This document shows, piece by piece, positions 12,151 through 23,237 of a DNA stretch of 64,000 bases. The position numbers were made by a program, and so were the translations under genes. The notes beneath the pieces are model-generated. The model saw only the letters and a program-made list of their open reading frames with translations. It ran no database searches and was not told where the DNA came from. The stretch spans positions 45,818,001-45,882,000 of the forward strand of contig NC_073391.1 in assembly GCF_028641065.1 (NCBI RefSeq), read 5' to 3'. Within the stretch, counting starts at the first letter, position 1. Every line of letters starts with the position of its first letter. Origin of the DNA: Leucoraja erinacea. Its lineage: Eukaryota.

Positions 12151-12522
12151 CTTATTTGGTTATTGCCAATTAAGCTACTTCATATCCCCAAAGCTCCTAT
12201 TAAATCTTTCCCCATCTCACCTTGGACCGATGTCCTCTGGTTCCTGATTCCTAGCCTGCTCAATCTCTCCCTATAGCCCAGGCTCTTGAGCCCTGAGCAT
12301 GAATCTTCTCTACTCCATTTACAGCTGGGCAACATCTTTTCTATTGCATGGTGACCAAAACTGAACATAATACTCTAACTGTGGTCTCCCAAACTCCCCA
12401 AATCTGTACTCAATATAGTTCCCAGCCCTTCTTCAAACCGAATGAATGCCTGCTGGACTCCAGGCAAACCCTCTTCACATACAGTGATAATCATTATAAA
12501 TGTGTCCAGCGTTGGAGATAAA

Positions 12523-12835
12523 GTCACAGTGACGCAGCTGGTAGAGCTGCTGCCTTACAGGGCGAAGGACCCAGATTTGATCCTAACCTCGGGTCCTGTT
12601 TGTTTGGAGTTTGTACGTTTTTTCTGTGACCACATGGGTTCCCACTGGCACTCCGATTTCTCCCACATCCCAAAGACATGCGGGTTTGCAGATTAATTGG
12701 CCTCGGTAAATTCCCCTTGTACAAAGGGAGTGAATGCAAAAGTGAGATAACATAGAACACTGGTTGATCGATGGTTGCCTTGGACACCATGGGCTAAAAG
12801 GGATACTGACTATGCTATATTTTTCAATGAACTTG
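12523..12835 (+). mobile_element. Older V-SINE copy
   Basis: gtcacagtgacgcagctggtagagctgctgccttacag...ggagtttgtacgttt, similar to 2884-3172. Confidence 0.75.
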
Positions 12836-13354
12836 AGATGAATAACAGGCATGCATTTAATGGGATATTCAGTAAACAAAGGAAAAAAATACCAGAATAT
12901 TCCAACGGAGTGATCGGAGGATAAATACTGACAGACACCAGATGGGCCGAATGGTATTTCTATGTACATTCCACGCAGAGTCACAGTGTTTACAACAGAT
13001 CACATTTATTCTCAGACCCAAAATATTAAACTTCAACCCAGTTATAAAACTTACGAACAGCAGCCTACAAGCCCCAACTGTGCCCTGTGTTCATTCCTGA
13101 TTGTGATGAACACCAGCAGTAACCACAGAATCCAACAGCAGCAGTCACTTGTGGGACTTGCAACAGGATTCAGCAATTGTGACAGTTCAACACCAAACCA
13201 AAAACCTATTTAAACTATCCCCCACAGTGTGAACGCACAGGTGTGTTCACTCAGATAATCAAGTGAATCCCTTCCCCCACACTAAACAGGAGAATGCCCT
13301 TTCCCCAGATTGAATTCTCTGGTGGGTCACCTGATTAGATTTACCAGTGAAATC

Positions 13355-14566
13355 CTACCCAGAGTTGGGAGAGGCAAACGATTTTTCCACAGCGTGAACT
13401 CGCTGGTGGGTCATCAGTTGGGAAAATTGTGTGAAACCCTTCCCACACTGAGAGCAAATGATCGGCCTCTCCCCGGTGTGAATTCTCTGATGTGTTATCA
13501 TGCTGGAGAACTTGGTAAATCTCTGCCCACACTCAGTGCAAGTGAACGGCTTCTCACCAGTGTGAACTCGCTGGTGTGTCAGTAGCTCAGATGATTGAAT
13601 GAATCCCTTCCCGCACTCATAACACGTGAACGGCCTCTCTCCCCTATGAATCTGCTGGTGCCTCTTCAGATTGCATGCTCGTGTGAATCCCTTCCCACAA
13701 TCAGGACAAGCAAATGGTTTCTCCAGAGTATGAACCTGTTGGTGTGTCACCAGGTGGGAAGATTGAGTGAATCCTTGCCCACACACAGAACAGGTGAATG
13801 GCCTCTCCCCAGTGTGAACTCGCTGGTGTGTTATCATGTTGGCTAACTGAGTGAATTCCTTCCCGCACTCAGAACACGTGAACGGCTTCTCCCCAGTATG
13901 AACACGTTGATGTCTTATCATGTTGGACAATTGGGTGAATTCCTTCCCACACTCAGAGCAGGTGAAAGGCCTCTCTCCGATGTGAATTTGCTGATGAGTT
14001 ATCATGTTGGACAACTGAGTGAATTCCTTCCCACATTCAGAGCAGGAGAACGGCCTCTCCCCAGAGTGAATTTGCTGATGTGTTATCATGTTCGACAGCC
14101 GAGTGAATTCTTTCCCACACTCAGAACAGGTGAATGGCCTCTCTCCACTATGAACTCGTTGGTGTCTCAGTAGCTCAGATGGTTGAATGAATCCCTTCCC
14201 ACACTCAGAGCAGGTGAACGGCCTCTCCCCAGTGTGAATTAGCTGATGCCTCTTCAGCTGGCATGCTCGGGAGAATCCCTTCCCACAATCTAAACAGGCA
14301 AATGGTTTCTCCAGAGAGTGAACCCGTTGATGTGTAACAAGGTGGGAGGATTGAGTGAATCCTTGACCACACAGAGCGCAGGTGAACGGCCTCTCCCCAG
14401 TGTGAACTCGCTGATGCGTTATCATGTTGGACAAACGAGCAAATCCCTTCCCACACTCAGAACAGGTGAACGGCCTCTCCCCGGTGTGAATTTTCTGGTG
14501 TCTCTTCAGGCTGCATGCTTGAGTGAATCCCTTCCCACAATCAAGACATGCAAATTGTTTCTCCAT
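13355..14566 (-). CDS. C2H2 zinc-finger-only protein (ZNF-3), 14 fingers
   Basis: 403-aa ORF. Acceptor at 14771-14772 and donor at 15005-15006 define a 236-nt intron. Poly(A) signal at 13005-13010. Confidence 0.88.
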   Translation of the reverse strand: MEKQFACLDCGKGFTQACSLKRHQKIHTGERPFTCSECGKGFARLSNMITHQRVHTGERPFTCALCGQGFTQSSHLVTHQRVHSLEKPFACLDCGKGFSRACQLKRHQLIHTGERPFTCSECGKGFIQPSELLRHQRVHSGERPFTCSECGKEFTRLSNMITHQQIHSGERPFSCSECGKEFTQLSNMITHQQIHIGERPFTCSECGKEFTQLSNMIRHQRVHTGEKPFTCSECGKEFTQLANMITHQRVHTGERPFTCSVCGQGFTQSSHLVTHQQVHTLEKPFACPDCGKGFTRACNLKRHQQIHRGERPFTCYECGKGFIQSSELLTHQRVHTGEKPFTCTECGQRFTKFSSMITHQRIHTGERPIICSQCGKGFTQFSQLMTHQRVHAVEKSFASPNSG

Positions 14567-14849
14567 TACGTGAAATTTCTGGTGGCCCTCTAGATGTGAA
14601 GATCAAGTGAATCCCTACCCACACTGGTGGATAATTTCTCCATGCAGTGAACTCGAGGGCTGACACAGTGAATCCCTCCCACACATTCAGGTCCCGGTGA
14701 ACTGTCGGCACTGCAGATCTGATGGGTTGAGTTTGAGGATCATGTGCTCAAATCCTCTGCTTGTTCTACCCTGTTAAAAGATGGACAATATTAGTCACGT
14801 GCGGTTCTTTGTATCTACTTTCTGCTCGGCAGGAAATCGCCGCATGTTT

Positions 14850-15225
14850 ACCCACGGGCGGGAAATTCCCCGGGGCCCAGGTGCGGAGGGAAAGGGGGGA
14901 GGACCGGCACCGTCCTCAGGTGATGTGGACCCGAGGGCAGCCGGGGGCCGCTCCTCAGGCCGGGCCTCGGTGCTGACTGATCCCGCGCCCGGATCCCCGC
15001 TCCTACCCGCCGCCGATCCTCCGGAGTCTTTTGTCCACGGACCGCATGCGCGCCTTGGCAGCTCCTCTGGTATCTTTGGGCAGCACCACTTCCGGGGCTC
15101 TGCGCGCTTGGTATCGTCTGCAACAAAGACCCTAAGATCTTTGGTCTGCTACATAGGGCGAGTTCTGGGGCGCGGAGGTTTCTGGGCAATAAGGTCGCCA
15201 TAGAAATAATCTGAAATCACCGGCC
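14850..15225 (-). promoter_or_regulatory. ZNF promoter/exon-1 module (ZNF-3)
   Basis: Same conserved module, with donor at 15006 and ETS motif at 15088-15095. Confidence 0.78.
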
Positions 15226-15526
15226 CAGCGTTCCCCAATGTTTACCAGTGAGTCCGTGTTTTATTGCGGAGACATAGCAAGCAATGTTAAGCATGCTCCC
15301 ACAAGCAAGATACCACTGAATCTGTGTAAGAAGGAACTACAGGTGCTGGTTTAAACCGAAGATAGACCCAAAAAGCTGGAATATCTCAGCGGGACAGACA
15401 GCATCTCTGGAGAGAAGGAAAGGGTGACATTTCGGGTCGGAGCTGAAGAAGCGTCTCGACCTGAAACGTCACCCATTCCTTCTCTCCAGAGATGATGCTA
15501 GTCTCGCTGAGTGACTCCAGCTTTTT

Positions 15527-16300
15527 TTGTATAAGGCGCTGGTCAGGCCACATATGGAGGAGTACTGTGAGCAGATTTGGGCCCCATATCTGAGGAAGGC
15601 TGTGCTGGCTCTGGAGAGGGCCCAGAGGAGGTTTACAAGAATGATTAGGTTAGCATATGATGAGTGTTTGACAGCACTGGGCCTCTACTCGCTGGAGTTT
15701 AGAAGGTTGAGGAGGAACCTCATTGAACCTTACAGAACAATGAGAGCCATAGAAACAGAAATTAGGTGCAGGAGTAGGCCATTCGGCCCTTCGAGCCTGC
15801 ACCGCCATTCAATATGATCATGGCTGATCATCCAACTCAGTATCCCGTACCTGCCTTCTCTCCATACCCTGTGATCCCCTTAGCCACAAGGGCCACATCT
15901 AACTCCCTCTTAAATATAGCCAATGAACTGGCCTCGACTACCCTCTGCGGCAGACAGTTCCAGAGATTCACCACTCTCTCTGTGTGAAAAAAGTTCTTCT
16001 CATCTCGGTTTTAAAGGATTTCCCCCTTATCCTTAAGCTGTGACCCCTTGTCCTGGACTTCCCCAACATCGGGAGCAATCTTCCTGCATCTAGCCTGTCC
16101 AACCCCTTAAGAATTTTGTAAGTTTCTATAAGATCCCCTCTCAATCTCCTAAATTCTAGAGAGTATAAACCAAGTCTATCCAGTCTTTCTTCATAAGACA
16201 GTCCTGACATCCCAGGAGGCATAGATAGAGTGGATGTGGAAATTATGTTTCGACTGGTGGGAGAGTCTCGGACCAGAGGTCGTAGCTTCAGAATTAAAGC
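15527..16300. mobile_element. Nested CR1 3' fragments (young minus-strand copy at ~15749-16216 inside an older plus-strand copy)
   Basis: ORFs 15527..15817 (+) and 15968..16222 (-) both encode the CR1 ORF2 C-terminus (LGLYSLEFRRLR). Confidence 0.82.
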
Positions 16301-16361
16301 GGAGCACTAAGGCAAATAACTTGTATGTGAATACTTGGCCAATAAACTTACTTACTTACTT

Positions 16362-16680
16362 ATCTGGAGTACAGTCACACCAGCGAACTCACACTGGGGA
16401 GAGGCCATTCACATAATCTGTGTGTGGGAAGGGATTCGCTCAATCTTCCAATCTGGTGATCTATCAAGTAGTATATACTGGGGGAAAAGTTGAAATAAAC
16501 TGTTTGCTGAAGTGACTGCAGGTGTTGGACTGTGTGGTTAATGCTGCAGTTCATCATGTCTAGGGTTGCCTTGTCACTGGCCACAGTTGGGGTTTGTTTG
16601 TTTTGCCGATGTTAGTAATTGTTATAGGTGAGCTGGTGATCCATATTCTGAGTCTGTGACAAATAAATGTGTTTTGTCTG
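16362..16680 (+). pseudogene. 3' remnant of a dead ZNF gene
   Basis: About 1.5 degenerate fingers ([12 protein letters not shown] then CGKGF) followed by the family 3' UTR and TCTGTGACAAATAAATG (AATAAA at 16662-16667). Confidence 0.8.
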
Positions 16681-17519
16681 AGGTCCTTTTCTCTGTAACA
16701 CAATCAATTTAAAATGATATATAAAAAAATAATTTTCAAGGGGTACCGGGATGGAGGGGATGGTTGACAAGGGGGGTTAATGTTTATCTATTGCTTTACA
16801 ATTGTTTACTTATGTTTGGTTACTTCATATATGAAGTTTGTATGTGTATAATAGTTGTATGTATATATATGTCTGTAGGTATTATGGAAATTGCCTGGGG
16901 TAGTATTATTATTATTAATTAATTGATTTTTAAATATGGTAGAAGTGTTGGGGAAAAGGGGTGAGATTTAATAAGTTATTCTTCTTCTCACTCCTTTTCG
17001 AGCTTGTACAGACACAGAGTTGGACATTGGAAATTTGCTTTTTGTTCTTTTCATTGCTTGTAAATATTGATTGTAATGTCCAATTGTTTGATAATTTCGA
17101 TTTTGTTACTATTAATGTATTTAATGTCTTTACTTGTTCGTAATAAAATAAAATAAATAAATAAATAAATAAAATCTACTTGGAGAAGCTCACCTCATTC
17201 TTACTTCCCGCAGCACAATGTCCCTGCGAATACTGTCAGTATCACAGTGGGAGGCCATTAATATTATGAGAATATTTTCTGTTGGCAATTTTGCAAGGTA
17301 ATGTGCAGTCTTTAATATGATTAGCTTGTAACAAAAGTAAACTTGTAGCTTTTACAAAGACTTTATTTTTCATGGGGAAGCTTATTATTGCGGGTGGTAA
17401 ACTCTCTCTCCCCTTAACCCCTGTTCCTATCGACACAATTTTCTACAGCAGGATGTTTCTAACTATCGCAACTGTTGCAGAAACACAGTTTTTCGATTCA
17501 CATTTCTCGCACCTTTAAG

Positions 17520-19556
17520 TGTTTAAATGAGGCCCCTATTGGTTTTCTAAAAATCCAAATAAACAACATCCATTGTCTCTTCGTCTATTCCACTTGTTAC
17601 CTCCTCAAAATATTCCAACAAATTTGTCAGTCGAGTTCTCCCAGGTATTGCATCCAGTGCCTTCAAGGCGATTGCAGTGGGCACCCCCAGGATGCAGAGG
17701 TGGTTGGGTGGGGAGAGGGACGTTGGTTCATGGGCTGAGTTAGTGGAGGGCGACGGAGGAGGCTCGGCAGTATCTTGTCTTTTAGCTCGCTCCCTTCTTA
17801 AGCCACTCTCCCAGCCAATATCTATGGCCAACCAAGCTTATATTCACTGGAATTAAGGATGAGAGGGGATTTTGTGGAAACATAAAATTCTTAAGGGATT
17901 GGACAGGCTGAAGAAGGGTCTCGACCCGAAACGTCACCCATTCCTTCTCTCCAGAGATGCTGCCTGTCCCGCTGAGTTACTCCAGCATTTTGTGTCTACC
18001 TTAGAACCAGGGATCACAGTTTAAGAAATAAGGGGTAAACCACTTAGGACTGAGACGAGGAAAAACGTTTTCACCCAGAGAGTTGTGAATCTGTGGAATT
18101 TTCTGCCACAGAAGGCATTGGGAGTCGATTCACTGGATGTTTTCAAGAGAGGGTTAGATATAGCTCATAGGACTCACGGAATCAAGGGGTATGGTGAGAA
18201 AGCATAGAAACATAGAAAATAGGTGCAGGAGGAGGCCATTCGGCCCTTCGAGCCAGCACCGCCATTCATTGTGATCATGGCTGATCGTCCCCTATCAATA
18301 ACCCGTGCCTGCCTTCTCCCCATATCCCTTGACTCCACTAGCCCCTAGAGCTCTATCTAACTCTCTCTTAAATCCATCCAGTGACTTGGCCTCCACTGCC
18401 CTCTGTGGCAGGGAATTCCACAAATTCACAACTCTCTGGGTGAAAAAGTTTCTCCTCACCTCAGTCTTAAATTACCTCCCCTTTATTCTAAGACTTTGGC
18501 CCCTGGTTCTGGACTCGCCCAACATTGGGAACATTTTTCCTGCATCTAGCAGGAAGGGGTACTGATTTGGATGATCAGCCATGGTCATATTGAAAGGCGG
18601 TGCTGTTCCAAAGGGCCGAATGGCCTACTCCTGCATCTATTTTCTATGTTTCTATCCTCCCATTACTCTGTTGGAATATATTTGTACTTATTTTTCCCTT
18701 GTTCACTCAGCTTTCCATTGAATGCACGTCTGTTATTCATCTCAGCATGCAAACATGCCCTTTTGGCCCCTATTCTTTCTGCTTCCCATCCAGTTCCACC
18801 TACGTTTCACCCCCACATTCCTCCCACTAGGTTCCCGATCTCTGCCTTCCACTATTCCCATCTGCCAAAGATAGACACAAAATGCTGGAGTAACAGCGGG
18901 GCAGGCAGCATCTCTTTAGAGAAGGAATGGGTGACATATCGGGTCGAGACCCTTCAGAATGCTATCAGGGGAAGGGTCGGGAAAAATATTTATAGAAACA
19001 TAGAAACATAGAAACATAGAAATTAGGTGCAGGAGTAGGCCATTCGGCCCTTCGAGCCTGCACCGCCATTCAATATGATCATGGCTGATCATCCAACTCA
19101 GTATCCCGTACCTGCCTTCTCTCCATACCCCCTGATCCCCTTAGCCACAAGGGCCACATCTAACTCCCTCTTAAATATAGCCAATGAAGTGGCCTCAACT
19201 ACCCTCTGTGGCAGAGAGTTCCAGAGATTCACCACTCTTTGCGTGAAAAAAGTTCTTCTCATCTCGGTTTTAAAGGATTTCCCCTTTATCCTTAAGCTGT
19301 GACCCCTTGTCCTGGACTTCCCTAACATCGGGAACAATCTTCCTGCATCTAGCCTGTCCAACCCCTTAAGAATTTTGTAAGTTTCTATAAGATCCCCTCT
19401 CAATCTTCTAAATTCTAGAGAGTATAAACCAAGTCTATCCAGTATTTCTTCATAAGACAGTCCTGACATCCCAGGAATCAGTCTGGTGAACCGTCTCTGC
19501 ACTCCCTCTATGGCAATAATGTCCTTCCTCAGATTTGGAGACCAAAACTGTACGCA
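17520..19556. mobile_element. Stack of CR1 3' fragments and Penelope-derived short repeats
   Basis: CR1 C-terminal ORF 19098..19502 (-) with (CATAGAAA)n tails at 18203 and 18992. Confidence 0.8.
17908..17939 (+). ncRNA. Minimal hammerhead ribozyme core in a Penelope-derived repeat (representative copy)
   Basis: CTGAAGA-A-GGGTC-TC-GACCC-GAAAC-GTC-ACCC, i.e. CUGANGA box, stem II, GAAA box and GUC cleavage triplet. Confidence 0.7.
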
Positions 19557-20017
19557 GTCCCACCCCCTCTCCTGACATCAGTCTGAAGAAGGGTCTCGAC
19601 CCGAAATGTCACTCAATCCTTAACCCCACAGATGCTGCCTGACCTGCTGAGTTACTCCAGCACTTTGTGTCTACCACTGGGTTGTAAGCTATCCAATGCA
19701 AAATCAAGTCAAGTCAAGTTTATTCGTCACATACACATACGAGATGTGCAGTGAAATGAAAAGTGGCAATGCCCGCGGACTTTGTTCAAAAAAACAAACA
19801 AACAACCAGACAAACTACAAACAGAATGAAACAGAATCACATATTCTTTTACATATTGAATATTGTGGGCGGAAGGAAAAATGGAAAAAAAACAGCAATT
19901 AAAAAAAAAGCAGTAAAGTTAGTCCCTGGTGTAGTACCTCCCAATTTTCGTGTGGCTGCGGGGAGGCCCAGGGGAGAAATATCGGTTTGGGATGGGGACT
20001 TCAAGTAGTTAGGTTAC

Positions 20018-20430
20018 AGATCATTTCCATGGCGCCCTCTTTACCCAAAAACCTCCGCGCCCCAGAACTCGCCCTATGTTGCAGCCGATACCAAGCGCGC
20101 AGGCGCGGGGCCAAGGCGCGCATGCGGTCAATGGACAAAAGACCCCGGAGGATCGGCGGCGGGTAGGAGCGGGGATCCGGGCGCGGGATCAGTCAGCACC
20201 GAGGCCCGGCCTGAGGAGCGGCCCCCGGCTGCGGGGAGAATCGGTGCGGCCCCCGGCTGCGGGGAGAATCGGTGCGGTCCCCGGTGGCGTGAGCGCAGCG
20301 AATGCACGGCGGCGGATAGACCGGTTTCTCGCTCCCGGGGGCTTGTGGGCAAAGAGGCGGCCATGGGTAACACGCCGGCGCTTCACTGCCGATCCGTAGA
20401 GGGTTTTTGAGAGCGCAAACCTGGATCTCC
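20018..20430 (+). promoter_or_regulatory. ZNF promoter/exon-1 module (ZNF-4)
   Basis: CCATGGCGCC, TTTACCCAAAAACCTCCGCG, GCGCATGCG and donor at 20163. The ETS box is deleted in this copy. Confidence 0.78.
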
Positions 20431-21093
20431 CTGCCACAAGAGAGTAGCGCAGCCGCTCAGGAGAAGGGACCAGACCCGAGACATCACTTATCCATGTTCT
20501 CCAGAGATGCTGCCTTGGTCCATCACTTTTGTGACTTTCTTTGCAAACATCTGCAGTTACTTGTTGCAAGAGATCGGCGGCAGGTATGAGCGGGGATCCG
20601 GATGAAAATTAAGTTGTCTGGAACAGTAGGTAGACAAAAATGATGGAGAAACTCAGCGGGTGTGGCAGCATCTATGGAGCGAAGGAATAGGTAACGTTTC
20701 GGGTCGAGACCCTTTTTCAGACTGATGTGGGGGGTGGGGATGGTGGCGGGAAGAAGAAATGAAGAGCCGGAGAGACGCTGAGGGTGAACAGGGAAGGGGA
20801 GGGGAAAGAGGGAGGGAGAAAGCAAGGTCTACCTGAAATTGTAGAAGTCAATGTTCATACCTCAAGTGTGTAAACTACCTAAGCGAAATATGAGGTGCTG
20901 CACCTCCTTACTGCGACTTGTCTGAAACATTTATCTTTAACTATTATTTTAATTGTAACCTCTTTTTACAGGATAAAACAAGCAGAGTGTTTGTGTACCC
21001 GAATCTCAAATCTATTCAGTTCACCAGCATTTGAACGCGTGGGACGGATTCACTGTGTCAGCTGAGCCTACGAGACGCCAGAGAGTTCATAGC

Positions 21094-22893
21094 ATGGAGA
21101 CATTATCCACCAGCTCCCAGTGTGGGCAGGGATTCGCTCAATCTCCCCACCTGGTAACTCTCCAGCAAGACCAGGCTGTGGAGAGACCATTTACATGTCC
21201 TAATTGTGGGAAGGAATTCACTCAAGCGTGGAACATGAAGAGACACCAGCAAATTCACACCGGGGAAAGGCCATTCACCTGCTCTGAGTGTGGGAAGGGA
21301 TTCACTAATTCTTCCAATCTTATGGCCCACCAGCGGGTTCACACTGGGGAGAAACCGTACATCTGTCCTACCTGTGGAAAGGCATTCACTTGGTTACGGT
21401 CCCTGGTGGTCCACCAACAAGGTCCCCCTGGGGAGAAGCAATTTACCTGCTCCGACTGTGGGAAGGGATTTCACCACTTATCGGGTCTGCGGACACACCA
21501 GCGGATTCACACTGGGGAGAGGCCATTCACCTGTTCTGACTGTGGCAAGGGATTTACTCAATCATCTGGTCTACGGACACACCAGCGGATTCACACTGGG
21601 GAGAGGCCATTTATTTGTTCTGAGTGTGGCAAGGGATTTACACAATTTATTCGACTTCAGTTACACCAGCGAGTTCACACTGGGGAGAGGCCATTCACCT
21701 GTTCCGAGTGTGGGAAGGCATTTACTCAATCATCGAACCTCAGGGCACACTATCAAATTCACACTGGGGAGAAGCCATTTACCTGCTCTGAGTGTGGGAG
21801 GGGATTTACTCAATTATCTGTACTACAGAAACACCAGCGACTTCATGCTGGGGAGAGGCCGATTACCTGCTCTGAGTGTGGGAAGGGATTCATTGACTCA
21901 TCGGCTTTGCAGATACACCAGAGAATTCACATGGAGGTGGGGCCATTCACTTGTTCAGAGTGTGGGAAGGGATTCACTCATTCATCTGTATTACAGAGAC
22001 ATCACAGAATTCACACCGGAGAGAGGCCATTCACCTGTTCTGAGTGCGGGAAGGGATTCACTCAAGCAAGCAACCTGAAGAGGCACCTGCTAATTCACAC
22101 CGGGGAGAAGCCGTTCACCTGCTCTGAGTGTGGGAAGGGATTTACTGAATTATCTGGACTGCAGATACACCAGCGGATTCACACTGGGGAGAAGCCATTC
22201 GCCTGTTCGGAGTGTGGGAAGGGATTTACTGATTTATCTGGACTGCAGAAACACCAGCGGAGTCACACCGGGGAGAGGCCGTACATCTGCTCTGAGTGTG
22301 GGAAGAGATTCATTCATTCATCTGCGTTACAGAGACACTACAGAATTCACACCGAGGACAAGCCATTCACCTGTTGTGAGTGTGGGAAGGGATTCATTCA
22401 AGCATGCAACTTGAAGAGGCACCAGCTAACTCACAACGGGGAGAGGCCGTTCACCTGCTCTGCGTGTGGGAAGGGATTCACCCATTCATCTGCGTTACAG
22501 AGGCACCTCAGAACTCACACCGGGGAGAAGCCATTCACCTGCTCTGAGTGTGGGAAGGGATTCAGTCAATCATCTGCATTACTGGCTCACCAGAAGATTC
22601 ACACTGTGGATAGGCTATTCACCTGTTCTGAGTGTGGGAAGGGATTCATTCAATTATCCAAGCTACAGGCACACCAGCGAATACACATGAGGGAGATGCA
22701 ATTTATTTGTTCCGTGTGTGGGAAGGGATTTACTCAATTATCTGGGCTACAAACACACCAGCGAATTCACACTGGGGAGAGGCCGTTCACCTGCTCTGAG
22801 TGTGGGAAGGGATTCACTCAATCTTCCCACCTGGTGACCCATCAGGGAATTCACAGCGTGGATAAATCATTTGCCTCTTCCAACTGTGGGTAG
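21094..22893 (+). CDS. C2H2 zinc-finger-only protein (ZNF-4), about 20 fingers (one degenerate)
   Basis: ORF 21031..22893 with first ATG at 21094 (agcATGg). Acceptor AG at 20970-20971, donor at 20163, AATAAA at 23171-23176. Confidence 0.9.
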   Translation: METLSTSSQCGQGFAQSPHLVTLQQDQAVERPFTCPNCGKEFTQAWNMKRHQQIHTGERPFTCSECGKGFTNSSNLMAHQRVHTGEKPYICPTCGKAFTWLRSLVVHQQGPPGEKQFTCSDCGKGFHHLSGLRTHQRIHTGERPFTCSDCGKGFTQSSGLRTHQRIHTGERPFICSECGKGFTQFIRLQLHQRVHTGERPFTCSECGKAFTQSSNLRAHYQIHTGEKPFTCSECGRGFTQLSVLQKHQRLHAGERPITCSECGKGFIDSSALQIHQRIHMEVGPFTCSECGKGFTHSSVLQRHHRIHTGERPFTCSECGKGFTQASNLKRHLLIHTGEKPFTCSECGKGFTELSGLQIHQRIHTGEKPFACSECGKGFTDLSGLQKHQRSHTGERPYICSECGKRFIHSSALQRHYRIHTEDKPFTCCECGKGFIQACNLKRHQLTHNGERPFTCSACGKGFTHSSALQRHLRTHTGEKPFTCSECGKGFSQSSALLAHQKIHTVDRLFTCSECGKGFIQLSKLQAHQRIHMREMQFICSVCGKGFTQLSGLQTHQRIHTGERPFTCSECGKGFTQSSHLVTHQGIHSVDKSFASSNCG

Positions 22894-23237
22894 GATTTCA
22901 TTCGTAAATCTAACCTGATGACCCCCCAGAGAATTCATGCTGGGGAGAAGCCATTCACCTGTCTTGTGCCTGGGAACGGATTCATGTGAATATGTGGACT
23001 ATTGGCACACCAGCTCATTCACACTGAGTGGAAAATTGAAATACATTTTTTGATTTGATGTTAGTGCTGATGTTTGTTACACACACGACTGAACCCTGGT
23101 CCCTGAGCAAAGTTTGTACTGATGTCAGTAACTTGATTAACTGGACTGGAGTTCAATAACCTGAGTGATAAATAAATGTGTTATTTTGTAAACCCTGCGT
23201 TGTTCTTGATAAGCCAAATGGCCTAATTCTGCTCGTA

